From a virus (taxonomy: Duplodnaviria; Caudoviricetes): a DNA stretch of 54,311 nucleotides. How positions within the stretch are numbered: position 1 is the first letter of the stretch; the number at the start of each line of letters is the position of its first letter. Both the position numbers and the translations under genes were made by a program. Below, piece after piece: positions 36,827 to 46,231 of this stretch. The notes beneath the pieces were generated by a model. That model was not told the origin of the DNA and made no database searches. It worked only from the letters and a program-made list of their open reading frames with translations. The stretch covers positions 1 through 54,311 of IMG/VR virus record IMGVR_UViG_3300014501_000541; one strand, written 5' to 3'.

Positions 36827-37317
36827 AGTTTTCTTAAGCTTTCCGCCAATCTCCGCCCCGACTCGGCCTGTTGTCTGAAATATTTGGCGGTCGCGTCCTG
36901 CTGCTTGGCTTCAGTTTCCTTGGTGGTGATTTCCTCGCGGCGTCCGGCGAGCAGTTTCTCGGCGTCGCGGCGGTCTTTGTCTGATTCGTAAAGCTCCTGG
37001 CCGGTCATTTCGGAACGCTTGATAAACTTGGCAAGCTTCGGACATTGGAGACACACGTTACCGGATTCCGGCAAACGACATTCAGCGTTCTCGTGCCCGT
37101 TATCACAAAGGTAAAACCCTTTTTCCTCCATCTCGGCGACGCTTTTTATCCGCGCTTCATACGCGTCAGCTTCGGTCTTGAGCTTGATGATAAGATCGCG
37201 CGACGCTTTTGCGTTCTTCTCCGCGACGCGGGCGCTCCACTCATGCATTCCCGCTTCGACTTCCTTATTGACCCGATATTTCCACCTGGCATACCACGTG
37301 GCAAAAGCTCGTAACAT
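36823..37317 (-). CDS. Coiled-coil protein with central Zn-binding motif
   Basis: CDNGH...CLQC between helices. Confidence 0.65.
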   Translation of the reverse strand: MLRAFATWYARWKYRVNKEVEAGMHEWSARVAEKNAKASRDLIIKLKTEADAYEARIKSVAEMEEKGFYLCDNGHENAECRLPESGNVCLQCPKLAKFIKRSEMTGQELYESDKDRRDAEKLLAGRREEITTKETEAKQQDATAKYFRQQAESGRRLAESLRKL

Positions 37318-37455
37318 GAATTTTGGTGAGATTGGTTTTCGGACGTTTTACGATGCCGATTTTGGACTTTCCTTCAGTGTAGGAAATCTGGGGAATATGG
37401 CAAGTGGGGATAAATCGGGGTAGAATGCCGGGCGAGTTAGTCAATGGAGGGTATA

Positions 37456-38133
37456 ATGGCCGCCGATACAAAGGCACATCAGATTTTCGGCGATGCAACT
37501 GTCTTCGCAGAGTGCCGGAATGACAAGAAGTTTGCGTATGTCGTGGCTCTTGCGCGGGCGGTCAACGCGCTAAATTCGGCACACTCGTTGATGCAGTGTG
37601 CAGCTGACAAAAACACACCGGCCGCGACTCGCGATCAGTGGAATTCGTATTTTTTTGTGTCAGCAATCCTCTACGAATCATTGAATCTGATTCGTGCGAT
37701 GGGCGCTGTCTTTGGTAAGGAGAAGATTTTTCAAGATACTATCCAAACGTTGCTGAAAGATAAAACTGCTCAAAAGCTTGAGCAGACACACCTGAAGGCG
37801 ACGCGACGGGACGCAGTGTTCCACTATCTTCCTGATCGCTTTGCTGAAGCGATTGCGGCAACGCCGCTGACTGAATGCCTATTTGCCTCGTTTCTGGGGC
37901 AGAAGAGAAGCGACATCCGATACGACTTTGCGGACATAATAGCTGCTGAGATTGGCGTGGGTGGGAGGATTGATAACAGTTTGGTGGTGAGCGAGATGAT
38001 GGAAAAGACGCTCAACCTGGCAATAAGCTTTATCAATCAATCTGAGAAATTCATCGTGGAAAAGCTCAATGGATGGAGATTTAAGGGCGTTCCTGGCGGA
38101 GGTGTCGCACCGGGAAATCAATCGTCGATTTAA
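37456..38133 (+). CDS. Hypothetical protein, possible HEPN domain
   Basis: All-helical, R-x4-H (RDAVFH); GGAGG RBS. Confidence 0.6.
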   Translation: MAADTKAHQIFGDATVFAECRNDKKFAYVVALARAVNALNSAHSLMQCAADKNTPAATRDQWNSYFFVSAILYESLNLIRAMGAVFGKEKIFQDTIQTLLKDKTAQKLEQTHLKATRRDAVFHYLPDRFAEAIAATPLTECLFASFLGQKRSDIRYDFADIIAAEIGVGGRIDNSLVVSEMMEKTLNLAISFINQSEKFIVEKLNGWRFKGVPGGGVAPGNQSSI

Positions 38134-38253
38134 GAAGTTCGACTAGAAGAAGAAATCAAACGTGCATTAGAATCTCCACAATCGCAACAACCGTGATGAA
38201 CGTGAGGAAGATAGTCGCGAGTAATCGTAGGGCGTATTTGAATTTCTTGCTGG

Positions 38254-38430
38254 TCATTTCTTTTTGGTAGCTCCGGGTCGATGCTCCGAGAAGAACTGGC
38301 GTTCTATCCTGGTATCCCGGCAGGAGCAGACACATTCCCGATCATGCCGCTCATCGTAACCCCTGGGGATTGTTCCATCGCAATCCTTGTGGCGGCCGCG
38401 CCTGCACGCTTCGCACCGGGTTGGTTTCAT
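38254..38430 (-). CDS. Small Cys-rich protein (58 aa)
   Basis: MKPTRCEAC..H..C...CVCSC. Confidence 0.4.
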   Translation of the reverse strand: MKPTRCEACRRGRHKDCDGTIPRGYDERHDRECVCSCRDTRIERQFFSEHRPGATKKK

Positions 38431-38618
38431 ACGTTAGCGGTCGGGTTCGTACCTTTGGGGCAAGAGGACCACTTCTAGCTTTACCGCGCCACAGGCGCAA
38501 TGCTGTGCGGCGGGGTAGACCTTGCATCTCTTCCATCGGTGGGAATGCTTTCGTTTTTTCATGCTTGGGGTTTACTTAAATCGTACAATGTCGGGGCGAT
38601 TCGTCAAGGGGAGGAAAC

Positions 38619-39197
38619 GTGCACGATCTGTGGCATTCCCTAATGCATTCGCCGGAGGCTTGGATAATCGGCGCAGTGATTGGCGTCGTTGTCGGTTTCG
38701 TTATTTTCGCGATTTTCGATCTTTTGCCGCTAGGAGATTCCCGGATACGCAGTTTGATACGTCTCGTACGGAATAAAATCTCAGAACACTCGACCGCGCA
38801 GCTACAAAAACGAATCAAGGAGCTGGAGAAATACCGGGAATCGCTAAGGCTACGGATAGCCTCTGACAAGATTCTTTACCTGGACACGTTCCGAACTATT
38901 TTTGGAACCCTTATCTTCATGTGTATTGGCATGATTCTCTTGGCCCTCCGGCATTCCTTCATGCTTGAATACGCTGCGACGACGGACCCGAGATCGGCTG
39001 GCACTTTTTTCGTCCTGGACATGGGAACCATTCTCATATTCACTATAGCTATTATGGTAGCAATATCAGGTGTGAGCACGGCCTTATTAAACACTCGGCA
39101 AAAGCTGGAGGAGCAAATCGCGAAATACGACAAAGATATAGATGACTTAAAAGAAATACTCAAGAAGCAGCTTGAGAAATTGCAGAGACGCGGCTGA
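38619..39197 (+). CDS. Membrane protein (3 TM, moron)
   Basis: GGAGG RBS, TACAAT -10, hydrophobic helices. Confidence 0.7.
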   Translation: MHDLWHSLMHSPEAWIIGAVIGVVVGFVIFAIFDLLPLGDSRIRSLIRLVRNKISEHSTAQLQKRIKELEKYRESLRLRIASDKILYLDTFRTIFGTLIFMCIGMILLALRHSFMLEYAATTDPRSAGTFFVLDMGTILIFTIAIMVAISGVSTALLNTRQKLEEQIAKYDKDIDDLKEILKKQLEKLQRRG

Positions 39198-39630
39198 GTT
39201 GGTCGTAGAGTGTAGTGTAGGCAAGATAGGAGTGCCGGGCGGCGCTCAAAAGCTGCTCAAGCTCTTTGACCTCCCACTGCTTGATCAGTTTTGAAAGCTT
39301 GTAAAGCTGGGCGGCGGTTCCCTTCCCGTATTTCTTGTCGATCGCGAGCCCGTGCTCGTAGCTCAACCCTTCCTGGTAAACATTGTCGTAGGCGCATTGC
39401 TTGTGGGCGTTCCGAGGTTCGAAGCGGGTAGACATAAAACCTCTCGGCCGGAAGTGCCCGCAGTGCCAGGCGCGCGGGTCGTCATCTTCGCTTTGAACCT
39501 TCGGACAGGTGATGCAGGGCTCGCTCCGGTCGCGCGCTTTAATCATTTTCCCAAATGCAATATCCAGCTTGTTGATGAGCTTCTGGCGGTCGGATTTTCC
39601 TACCCGGCTGAGCCCTTGTTTTCGATACAT
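39160..39630 (-). CDS. ninG: NinG/Rap-family recombination endonuclease
   Basis: RD..PCITC, CGHF, TRF...NAHKQC..DN. Confidence 0.85.
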   Translation of the reverse strand: MYRKQGLSRVGKSDRQKLINKLDIAFGKMIKARDRSEPCITCPKVQSEDDDPRAWHCGHFRPRGFMSTRFEPRNAHKQCAYDNVYQEGLSYEHGLAIDKKYGKGTAAQLYKLSKLIKQWEVKELEQLLSAARHSYLAYTTLYDQLSRVSAISQAAS

Positions 39631-39692
39631 CCCTCCTTTTCCAAATTTTAGCAGGGGCGAACGTCTAGCGAAAGGTGCTAAAATCCCTCGCT

Positions 39693-39914
39693 ATGGCCCG
39701 GCGACCTGATCCCACAAAGCATGAAGACATGATGACGGCCGAAGATCTCAAGGCGCTCCGCTACAGCCTGGCGCACCTGAGCGAACCTGCCGTCTTAGAG
39801 GCCTACCAACAGGCGTACCGCGCGTGCCGAATCATCAACAGCCATACGTTCCCCACGGCGCGTTCTATTCAAGAGCTCGTACAGGCGTGGAAGACGTTGA
39901 GGAAATGGCGGTAA
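39693..39914 (+). CDS. Hypothetical protein (leaderless moron)
   Basis: TG-c-TAAAAT just upstream of ATG; IQELVQAWK motif. Confidence 0.65.
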   Translation: MARRPDPTKHEDMMTAEDLKALRYSLAHLSEPAVLEAYQQAYRACRIINSHTFPTARSIQELVQAWKTLRKWR

Positions 39915-40024
39915 TAAAGCATTTTTGAGGTCGCCCGCAGGAAGTCTCCATCCTCCACAAGTTCTTCACAAGACTGCTTGCAAATTTCCGCGCGCAAAAA
40001 AGTTTCGTGTTACTATCCGGCCAA

Positions 40025-40213
40025 ATGAAGCACTTTTTAGACATCCTGATGAATGTGCGGATCGCCGTTATGGAAGTTTGCGGGACACTGGGGACGATCT
40101 TTATCATGGCCTACGGAGCGTTCAAGGCGTTCGGCGATTTCGTGGTGCCGCTCTTTAGGAAAGCTCCGCGAAGAAATCCTCGGCTGTCTTCTCCGCCGCG
40201 AGATGGTCGATGA
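40025..40213 (+). CDS. Small membrane protein
   Basis: TACTAT 8 nt upstream of ATG; single TM. Confidence 0.45.
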   Translation: MKHFLDILMNVRIAVMEVCGTLGTIFIMAYGAFKAFGDFVVPLFRKAPRRNPRLSSPPRDGR

Positions 40214-40538
40214 AGCGGTGCCAATGATACATTACGGCTGGAAGCAGGTTTGCTTCTTTCGATGTGCAGAAATTCATCTCGTAGTTAAAACTCCATTGTT
40301 CGCCGCACAATCGACAAATCTTTCCCCACCACCCCAACGCTTTGCCAAGCGATTGCCAGAATGAGGGATCGAGGAATGCTTCTGACACGAGAACGTCGTG
40401 ATCGTGTAATTCGCCGCCGGAGAACGATTGAAAGTAAATTTTCGGCCGGTACTCAGGATCAAATCCCTCGAATTGCCAACTGTCATCTTTTTTCCATCCT
40501 CCCTCTATTGCCTTCTTAATGGCTATTTCAATGGTCAT
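40155..40538 (-). CDS. Phage hypothetical protein (AIEGGW...LDP.FWQSLGKALGW type)
   Basis: Recognisable motif; coupled. Confidence 0.7.
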   Translation of the reverse strand: MTIEIAIKKAIEGGWKKDDSWQFEGFDPEYRPKIYFQSFSGGELHDHDVLVSEAFLDPSFWQSLGKALGWWGKICRLCGEQWSFNYEMNFCTSKEANLLPAVMYHWHRFIDHLAAEKTAEDFFAELS

Positions 40539-40732
40539 GATTTCGGTAGTTTGCTAGCTGGGTTGTTCTTCGGATCGCCGGTCGGTATGATCCAGCGTCC
40601 GCGTGGAGCAACGACGTTGTTCTTTGCTGGTTTCATCGGACGATATGCGCCACAGACGAAGCACCACAAACCGTAACCTCCACAAATGACCCAAGAGTTG
40701 GAATCATGTCGGCACTTTTTCTTCGTCTTCAT
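40535..40732 (-). CDS. Small Zn-binding hypothetical protein
   Basis: CRH...WCFVCGA. Confidence 0.55.
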   Translation of the reverse strand: MKTKKKCRHDSNSWVICGGYGLWCFVCGAYRPMKPAKNNVVAPRGRWIIPTGDPKNNPASKLPKS

Positions 40733-40813
40733 ATGAGTTGTAGTTGGTTTGTATTCGACCCCTTTTGAGGCCCCGGCGGCCTCGCGGTTGGACTTCGTTC
40801 TTACCAACCCTCC

Positions 40814-41038
40814 CTACTGCAGCAATTCGTACTGGGCTTGATAAGCCTGCAAATCGTTGATGCACTGCTGTTCATTCGCCTGGTCTTTCGCGTCAAGTGC
40901 CTTAAATTCGTTCGCAAGATTAAGGGCTGATTGCCATCCTGCCGTCGCCTGTGAGAGCTGCAAAAACAGAACTACGTTTCCGACCACGCCCAATGCAATG
41001 AGAACTAGGCAAAGGACAACAAAACTTGTTTTACTCAT
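40814..41038 (-). CDS. Small membrane-anchored protein
   Basis: N-terminal TM plus coiled coil. Confidence 0.55.
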   Translation of the reverse strand: MSKTSFVVLCLVLIALGVVGNVVLFLQLSQATAGWQSALNLANEFKALDAKDQANEQQCINDLQAYQAQYELLQ

Positions 41039-41039
41039 G

Positions 41040-41315
41040 TTAGAGAAGTCTGTTTGCTGGTTCGACCTTTTGTTCTGGGAACGCCGGCGGCATCACCGGC
41101 ACTTCCGGCGGGATAAGGCGGTACACATACAGCCTCCGGTTCTGTGGGTCGTGGTAGCCGATGATGTTGTGCCCGAGCTTTTTCAGGTCTGCGATGCGCG
41201 CGCCTATGCGAGCAATGCCGAGGTGCTCCGATCCATACACCTCGCGCAAAATCTCAACCGTATTATGCGGCTTATAGTCCTTGAGAAATTGTGCCAGACG
41301 TTCGGTTTGGGTCAT
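41040..41315 (-). CDS. Winged-helix DNA-binding protein
   Basis: ARIGARIADLKKLGHNI...YRL. Confidence 0.7.
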   Translation of the reverse strand: MTQTERLAQFLKDYKPHNTVEILREVYGSEHLGIARIGARIADLKKLGHNIIGYHDPQNRRLYVYRLIPPEVPVMPPAFPEQKVEPANRLL

Positions 41316-41608
41316 GAACGGACAAAATAATCTTCAATGACTGCGATTTCAATTTGAACGTCATTGCTATTCTCGGTATGAATTATTTTCGTCACCACAC
41401 CGGTCTTGGTGAAAGCGATCTGGTCACCAAGCTTTATATCTTTTCCTCCAATCAAACTATGCACCTCGCCGAATCGTTTTACCTCGTAAACGGTCTTGCG
41501 GGGAAGTGGATGCGCAGAGGCGATGTGGGCGTCCCTTTGTTGATAGGAGGAAAAACGTTCATTACATTTCCAACAGGGGAATCGTTTAGTTTTTGGTTTG
41601 TGCTTCAT
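41312..41608 (-). CDS. C2H2 Zn-finger protein
   Basis: FPCWKC..F......H....H. Confidence 0.6.
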   Translation of the reverse strand: MKHKPKTKRFPCWKCNERFSSYQQRDAHIASAHPLPRKTVYEVKRFGEVHSLIGGKDIKLGDQIAFTKTGVVTKIIHTENSNDVQIEIAVIEDYFVRS

Positions 41609-41771
41609 GCTTCGTTGATTGCTTTTAGCAGTTCTGCTTTTGACCTTTTGCCGTCAATTATCTTCGGCTGTTCGCCGCGCCGCGAGAGAATCGCGCCCCA
41701 ATCGCCCGTGTTGTCGTTCTGCCAACATGTCCAGCCCTTGTAGTTGAATTCGAGTTGGTTGCCCGTGGTAA

Positions 41772-42107
41772 TCATGCTTCGTCCAAATATGGTTTCGACG
41801 TTTCTACTACAAACGAGAATTTACCGAGTCCGCAAAGGCAACCGTGCTTCTTTTCGAGTTCTTCCAGTTCGCCCAGTACATTTGAAGCGCATGAGGTTGA
41901 TTCATTGCGATGGAACTCAATATTCTCCTCAGTCCAATGCGCCGGAACGCGCGTCTCAAGATTGATAGAGAAATTGATGATGACGTTCTTGCGGATAAGA
42001 ACACAATCATCGTTGTGAATAGCGCCGATCGGCTGATGACAGTAGAAACATTGCCGTTCAGAGCTGGCCGGCCGTATAGCGCGTTCTGTGACGACAAAGG
42101 AGCTCAT
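41772..42107 (-). CDS. Cys-rich hypothetical protein
   Basis: CFYC..H...C, GCLC. Confidence 0.6.
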   Translation of the reverse strand: MSSFVVTERAIRPASSERQCFYCHQPIGAIHNDDCVLIRKNVIINFSINLETRVPAHWTEENIEFHRNESTSCASNVLGELEELEKKHGCLCGLGKFSFVVETSKPYLDEA

Positions 42108-42109
42108 GT

Positions 42110-42592
42110 TCAGAACGGAATATCTTCCGGCTTAATTTCGTCGTCCTCGAAGGCGTTCTGGAAGTTTCGGCCGGTGTCCTCCTCGTCTCCATCGATCGGC
42201 ACTATCTCTTCCTCGGCAAGTTCCTTCTTGGCGGGGACGGGCGGCTGCGGATTTGCGACGCCTCCGGCGGCGCTGGGACCAAGCTGCATGTTCTCCGAGA
42301 TAATCTCGGTGCTACGGCGGTCATGGCCGTCCTTGTCCGTCCAGTTTCTGGTGCGGAGCCGGCCTTCGATATGAACTAGCGATCCGCGCTTGAGGTACTG
42401 CACTGCAATCTCAGCCTGTTTTCCGAAGATCACAACGTTATGGAATTCCACCTCTTCCTGCTTCTTGCCATCTTTTGTCCAGGTGCGATTGGTAGCGACA
42501 CCAAAGGAAACTACCGACATTCCGCCGGCCGTGGTCCGCAATTGGAGGTCTGCGGTCACGCGCCCGGCGATGAAAACTTTATTGACGTTCAT
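42110..42592 (-). CDS. ssb: Single-stranded DNA-binding protein
   Basis: MNVNKV..G, EFHNVV.FG, IEGRL.TR.W, acidic EDIPF tail. Confidence 0.95.
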   Translation of the reverse strand: MNVNKVFIAGRVTADLQLRTTAGGMSVVSFGVATNRTWTKDGKKQEEVEFHNVVIFGKQAEIAVQYLKRGSLVHIEGRLRTRNWTDKDGHDRRSTEIISENMQLGPSAAGGVANPQPPVPAKKELAEEEIVPIDGDEEDTGRNFQNAFEDDEIKPEDIPF

Positions 42593-42839
42593 TGGTTTTG
42601 ACTTTGTTAATTAGATTTCTTACCCCACGGCCCTTTTCGCCTGTCTTGGGATCGTAGAACTTTCCTGTGGTAGGCCAGAAGTTGAAGCGTCCTACCCGGT
42701 AATGACTTGACTGTTTGCTTAGAATCTCGTACTTGATGCCGAGGTCTTGAAGCATTTTGATGGACTGTTCCTCATTCTGGTGGCGCTTTGCCTGCTGATC
42801 CTTGTGGATGGCATCCCACATCTCGCCGTTTTCATTCAT
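42579..42839 (-). CDS. Hypothetical protein
   Basis: FNFWPTTGKF...RGVRNLI motif. Confidence 0.6.
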   Translation of the reverse strand: MNENGEMWDAIHKDQQAKRHQNEEQSIKMLQDLGIKYEILSKQSSHYRVGRFNFWPTTGKFYDPKTGEKGRGVRNLINKVKTNERQ

Positions 42840-43272
42840 GCTTTTCTTCTTTTGCGAGTGCCTCTGCGAGTTCGCGGATTTTTTCTTCATCCGCTTCTTC
42901 CGGCGGATCATCTGGCGCTTCGTCGAGGGTGCGTACGTCGATATAATTTCGCGCGCCGTTCCGCATCATTTCAAGAATGCGCTCCTCTCCGACCGCGATA
43001 TGCATGAGCTTCTCAATGAGGTAACTTGGCTGGCCGTCTTTGCCCAGGATGGGAACTTGCCAGCGGTACTTAATGCCTCCTTCCTGCACTTCGAAACGAA
43101 GTTCTTTTCGCGGGACATTCTTGTCGTCCTTGCCCATGATGATTGTCGGCTCGGCAAGAAATTCAACATGATGCGGGCCGGTGCTTTTTACACCACCTCC
43201 CGCGAGCTTAATTCCGAGCTTTAGCTTCGGAAGGACGTGAAGCTTTTCCGCTATTTCCTTTACCCTTTCCAT
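42832..43272 (-). CDS. Hypothetical protein (recombination module, acidic tail)
   Basis: Between exonuclease and ssb. Confidence 0.6.
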   Translation of the reverse strand: MERVKEIAEKLHVLPKLKLGIKLAGGGVKSTGPHHVEFLAEPTIIMGKDDKNVPRKELRFEVQEGGIKYRWQVPILGKDGQPSYLIEKLMHIAVGEERILEMMRNGARNYIDVRTLDEAPDDPPEEADEEKIRELAEALAKEEKHE

Positions 43273-44065
43273 TGGATTTCGTAATTGATTTGGTTTCGGC
43301 CTTTATGGGTTCTTTCGAGATCGTGAGTTTAATCTCCGGTGGATAATCTTTTTCCTTGGGCTTACTGTCGGGGTTTGCGTCCGACCAGAACTTTTTCGCG
43401 GCGAGGAACAATGGGAACTTGTCTTCGATGGGCGTAAGCTTCCACCCCGCCTTATTCCGTTTGTAGCCGATCTGAAGGACGAAGATATCTGGGAGATCCG
43501 GGTCGGCGTGTTTCAAGGCGGAAAGCTGTAGCTCGTGGGAGAGATAGATGTCCTTACTCGTTTTTAGGTCAATAATCGTCGGTTTGCCATCCACCGTGAG
43601 CTTCATGTCCCGCGTGCCGGCATAGCCGTACTGTTCGCCCTTGTCCGGGTCAACCCAAACCACTTTTTCCGTATCGATGAGCTGTACCGTGTGGTTCTTG
43701 TTAAGGTCAGTCCAGAAATCAGCGAAGGTCATCACGCCGTAATACTCGTCTGGCGTGAGTTCTTCGTGGTCGCCAGTATCGGGTTTTGCGAAGCCCAGGT
43801 CGAGCGTTATGGTCTGGCCGGCGAGGAGGGCTTCACATGCTTGATGCTGTTTTGACCCGTGTTCTGCCGCTTCCTTTTTGACTGCTTCGGCTTCATCCCA
43901 TCCCTTGTCGGCGTAGTGCTTGAGGAGGCCGATACCCATAGGCGAATAGTGGCCGATCCAGGTAACGGAAGGATTAAACTTGCCGTCCTTCTCATACCAC
44001 CGCTCGTCTAGCGTGGTGATCTGAATGATGCCGTCTTCTTTTGTCTGCCTGATTTCAATTTTCAT
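43208..44065 (-). CDS. PD-(D/E)XK phage exonuclease
   Basis: PSVT, G...H, YAGT.D, IIDLKTS, QLSA. Confidence 0.85.
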   Translation of the reverse strand: MKIEIRQTKEDGIIQITTLDERWYEKDGKFNPSVTWIGHYSPMGIGLLKHYADKGWDEAEAVKKEAAEHGSKQHQACEALLAGQTITLDLGFAKPDTGDHEELTPDEYYGVMTFADFWTDLNKNHTVQLIDTEKVVWVDPDKGEQYGYAGTRDMKLTVDGKPTIIDLKTSKDIYLSHELQLSALKHADPDLPDIFVLQIGYKRNKAGWKLTPIEDKFPLFLAAKKFWSDANPDSKPKEKDYPPEIKLTISKEPIKAETKSITKSNGKGKGNSGKASRPSEAKARN

Positions 44066-44270
44066 GCGTGAGTTCGTCTTCAAAGAGAGGCGACAACTCC
44101 CGCTCTTCCATGTGGAAGGTTTCTATATGGTCTTGCATATCTCTCTCGCAGACCATAGCAGGGCAGAATCCGCACGGGCTTTTATGAAGAGGGTGGACGC
44201 CTGAGATATGCGGCTGCGGCCCGAGCAGATATTCGACGATTGCGTTTGTAATGCGTTCTGATTGTTTCAT
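44055..44270 (-). CDS. Hypothetical protein
   Basis: CGFC..H...H. Confidence 0.5.
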   Translation of the reverse strand: MKQSERITNAIVEYLLGPQPHISGVHPLHKSPCGFCPAMVCERDMQDHIETFHMEERELSPLFEDELTHEN

Positions 44271-44561
44271 TTGAGGTGGTTATTAGTTTGTATTCCCGAA
44301 TAATTCGGGAGGGTGCGAGAAAACTTTGCAGATAACTCGCTGGTGGGTTCGGTGCTCTAGTTGCACCGTCCAATCCCCCTCCCGAATGCAAACTTTGTTA
44401 GCTGAACAATGCGATGACGTAACCGACGACGAGAAACAGGATTGCTCCTACGATTCCGGCGGCTAGGATTCCGAGAACTGAACCGAGGAAAGTCATTTGC
44501 TTCCCTACGCGGCCGTCGTTCTCGATGACGGTGGAGTAGAGGATGTTGGATTTAAGCATGT

Positions 44562-44738
44562 TTATTGCTGAACAAACTGATCTTTGCTAGCCGCATATTT
44601 TCGCGGAATGATGGCCCAATGGCTTCGCATCTCTTGTATGACCATTTGCGCTCTCGTTCGATTGTACTGACGAGAAGCGAGGGCTTTTTCCGCCTTCTCC
44701 TTCGTGCGATAGAAGGAACAATCAATTATTTTGTCCAT
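44562..44738 (-). CDS. Hypothetical protein
   Basis: Short ATG ORF in operon. Confidence 0.45.
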   Translation of the reverse strand: MDKIIDCSFYRTKEKAEKALASRQYNRTRAQMVIQEMRSHWAIIPRKYAASKDQFVQQ

Positions 44739-44742
44739 CAAC

Positions 44743-44862
44743 TTATTTCTTTGGTTTTCGACCTTTTTTACTCCGTTTCGCGCGGAGCTTTTTAAAATAG
44801 CTCCGGCCATATTTCTTGAGAACTGCTTTGCCGCCTAAGCGGGCGAATTCTTTTTGGTCCAT
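44743..44862 (-). CDS. Basic KGG-like peptide (39 aa)
   Basis: MDQKEFARLGGKAVLKKYGRSYFKKL.. Confidence 0.5.
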   Translation of the reverse strand: MDQKEFARLGGKAVLKKYGRSYFKKLRAKRSKKGRKPKK

Positions 44863-44863
44863 T

Positions 44864-45355
44864 TTATTGCGTGATCAGTTCTTTGAATTCCTTCTCTGTC
44901 CAAACCTGCTTCCAAGTGGTAAGCCGCTCTTTAAGTCTCTTCACGTCTCGTCTTGCCTGTTCAATGGACTGTCTCATCACATAAACTTTGTGATGGTATT
45001 CCATCTCGTATCTCTGCCCCATGCTGAAACTTCCACGTTTTTCGTCATAAACAAATCCTCTGGGACGTTGCGCTATCTCTGACGGTTTCCAGTCGGAGGT
45101 TCGGTAGGTGAGCGTCTCAGGGGGATTTGCGAGGAAATCGTGTAGTTGATTACTACGGTTGACGAGGAAGTTATTTATGAACTCAATCGCTGGGGGAAGA
45201 GCCGCGCGTGACACTTCATAGGGAAGGGTTCGAGCACCTAGGCATGAAGGCGTTTGCCATCCGTCGCCCGGACGCTGATAGCCATGATGGGCGAGAACGC
45301 CGGTATTGGACTTAATGATTCTTTCGCAAATCTGACAAGTTGTTGTTACCTCCAT
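44864..45355 (-). CDS. Hypothetical protein, first gene of early operon
   Basis: TCQIC..LAHHGY.RPG.G.QT.SC; TTGACA-N16-TATTGT directly upstream. Confidence 0.7.
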   Translation of the reverse strand: MEVTTTCQICERIIKSNTGVLAHHGYQRPGDGWQTPSCLGARTLPYEVSRAALPPAIEFINNFLVNRSNQLHDFLANPPETLTYRTSDWKPSEIAQRPRGFVYDEKRGSFSMGQRYEMEYHHKVYVMRQSIEQARRDVKRLKERLTTWKQVWTEKEFKELITQ

Positions 45356-45484
45356 GACTTCACAATAGCGCTACGGCTGGCCGTGTCAACGGCTGGCTGT
45401 GGACAGCGGATAAAAACAGAAATGGTTAATACCGTCAAGTCCGCGTACGGCGTTTGCTTTCGACGTTCGTTATAATAGTGAGCC

Positions 45485-46165
45485 GTGAAGCCAAAAACTG
45501 AAAGTCGCAGTCACTATTTCAAACCGCTCGACCTCAACCTTGAAGACATTGAGGAAATTGTGGCAATTATTTCTGAAACCTGTCGCGACGTACAGGTATC
45601 GGACGATAAGAATGTCTACGATTCTCTGGAAGAAATGGGGAACCGCCTCGGAAAGCGCGTTCATCTCATTCATATCGAGGCCGTCGATCCGTACATCAGC
45701 ATCACACTAGGTACAAAGCGATTGATGAGGTGGGTCAGGACAGACAACAATAGCCTCTATGTAGCCAATAGTGAAAAGGGTCATGCTCTTTTCTTTCGGG
45801 TGCGCGACATAATTGCACAGCACCAAAGACTGCTAGTTCGCTTTTTCAATTATCCCGTTTTTATGTTTCTACTCACAGTTGACATCTGCTTTACGTGGTT
45901 TAGGCGTACTCAACTTCGCTTATCTCCTATTACAATTACAACCATCAGCTGGGTCGATGACATTGTCGTATATGGATATGTGTCGATCTTTTTTTACTTT
46001 TATCTTCGAGGAAAATCTCGCCTCAGTCTCATACCATACGACAAGCGCGAGTCATTTTGGGAAAGGAATCTTGATAGTTTTTCCAAGATCCTATTCGGAG
46101 CGGTAATCGGGATTCTGGGCACACTTGTCACCGAATGGCTGAAGCGCGCTGTTTTTACGAAATAA
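45485..46165 (+). CDS. Membrane protein (leaderless moron)
   Basis: TATAAT 8 nt before GTG; 3 TM; lower GC. Confidence 0.7.
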   Translation: MKPKTESRSHYFKPLDLNLEDIEEIVAIISETCRDVQVSDDKNVYDSLEEMGNRLGKRVHLIHIEAVDPYISITLGTKRLMRWVRTDNNSLYVANSEKGHALFFRVRDIIAQHQRLLVRFFNYPVFMFLLTVDICFTWFRRTQLRLSPITITTISWVDDIVVYGYVSIFFYFYLRGKSRLSLIPYDKRESFWERNLDSFSKILFGAVIGILGTLVTEWLKRAVFTK

Positions 46166-46231
46166 TCCCACCTTGCACTTTCCTGCCAGTTTCCTACTCT
46201 TAAATTAGCTGCTTTGAAAGGACAGCTCATC

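Noticed and set aside
43208-44065. Cas4
   Set aside because: Lacks the four-Cys Fe-S motif; context is phage recombination
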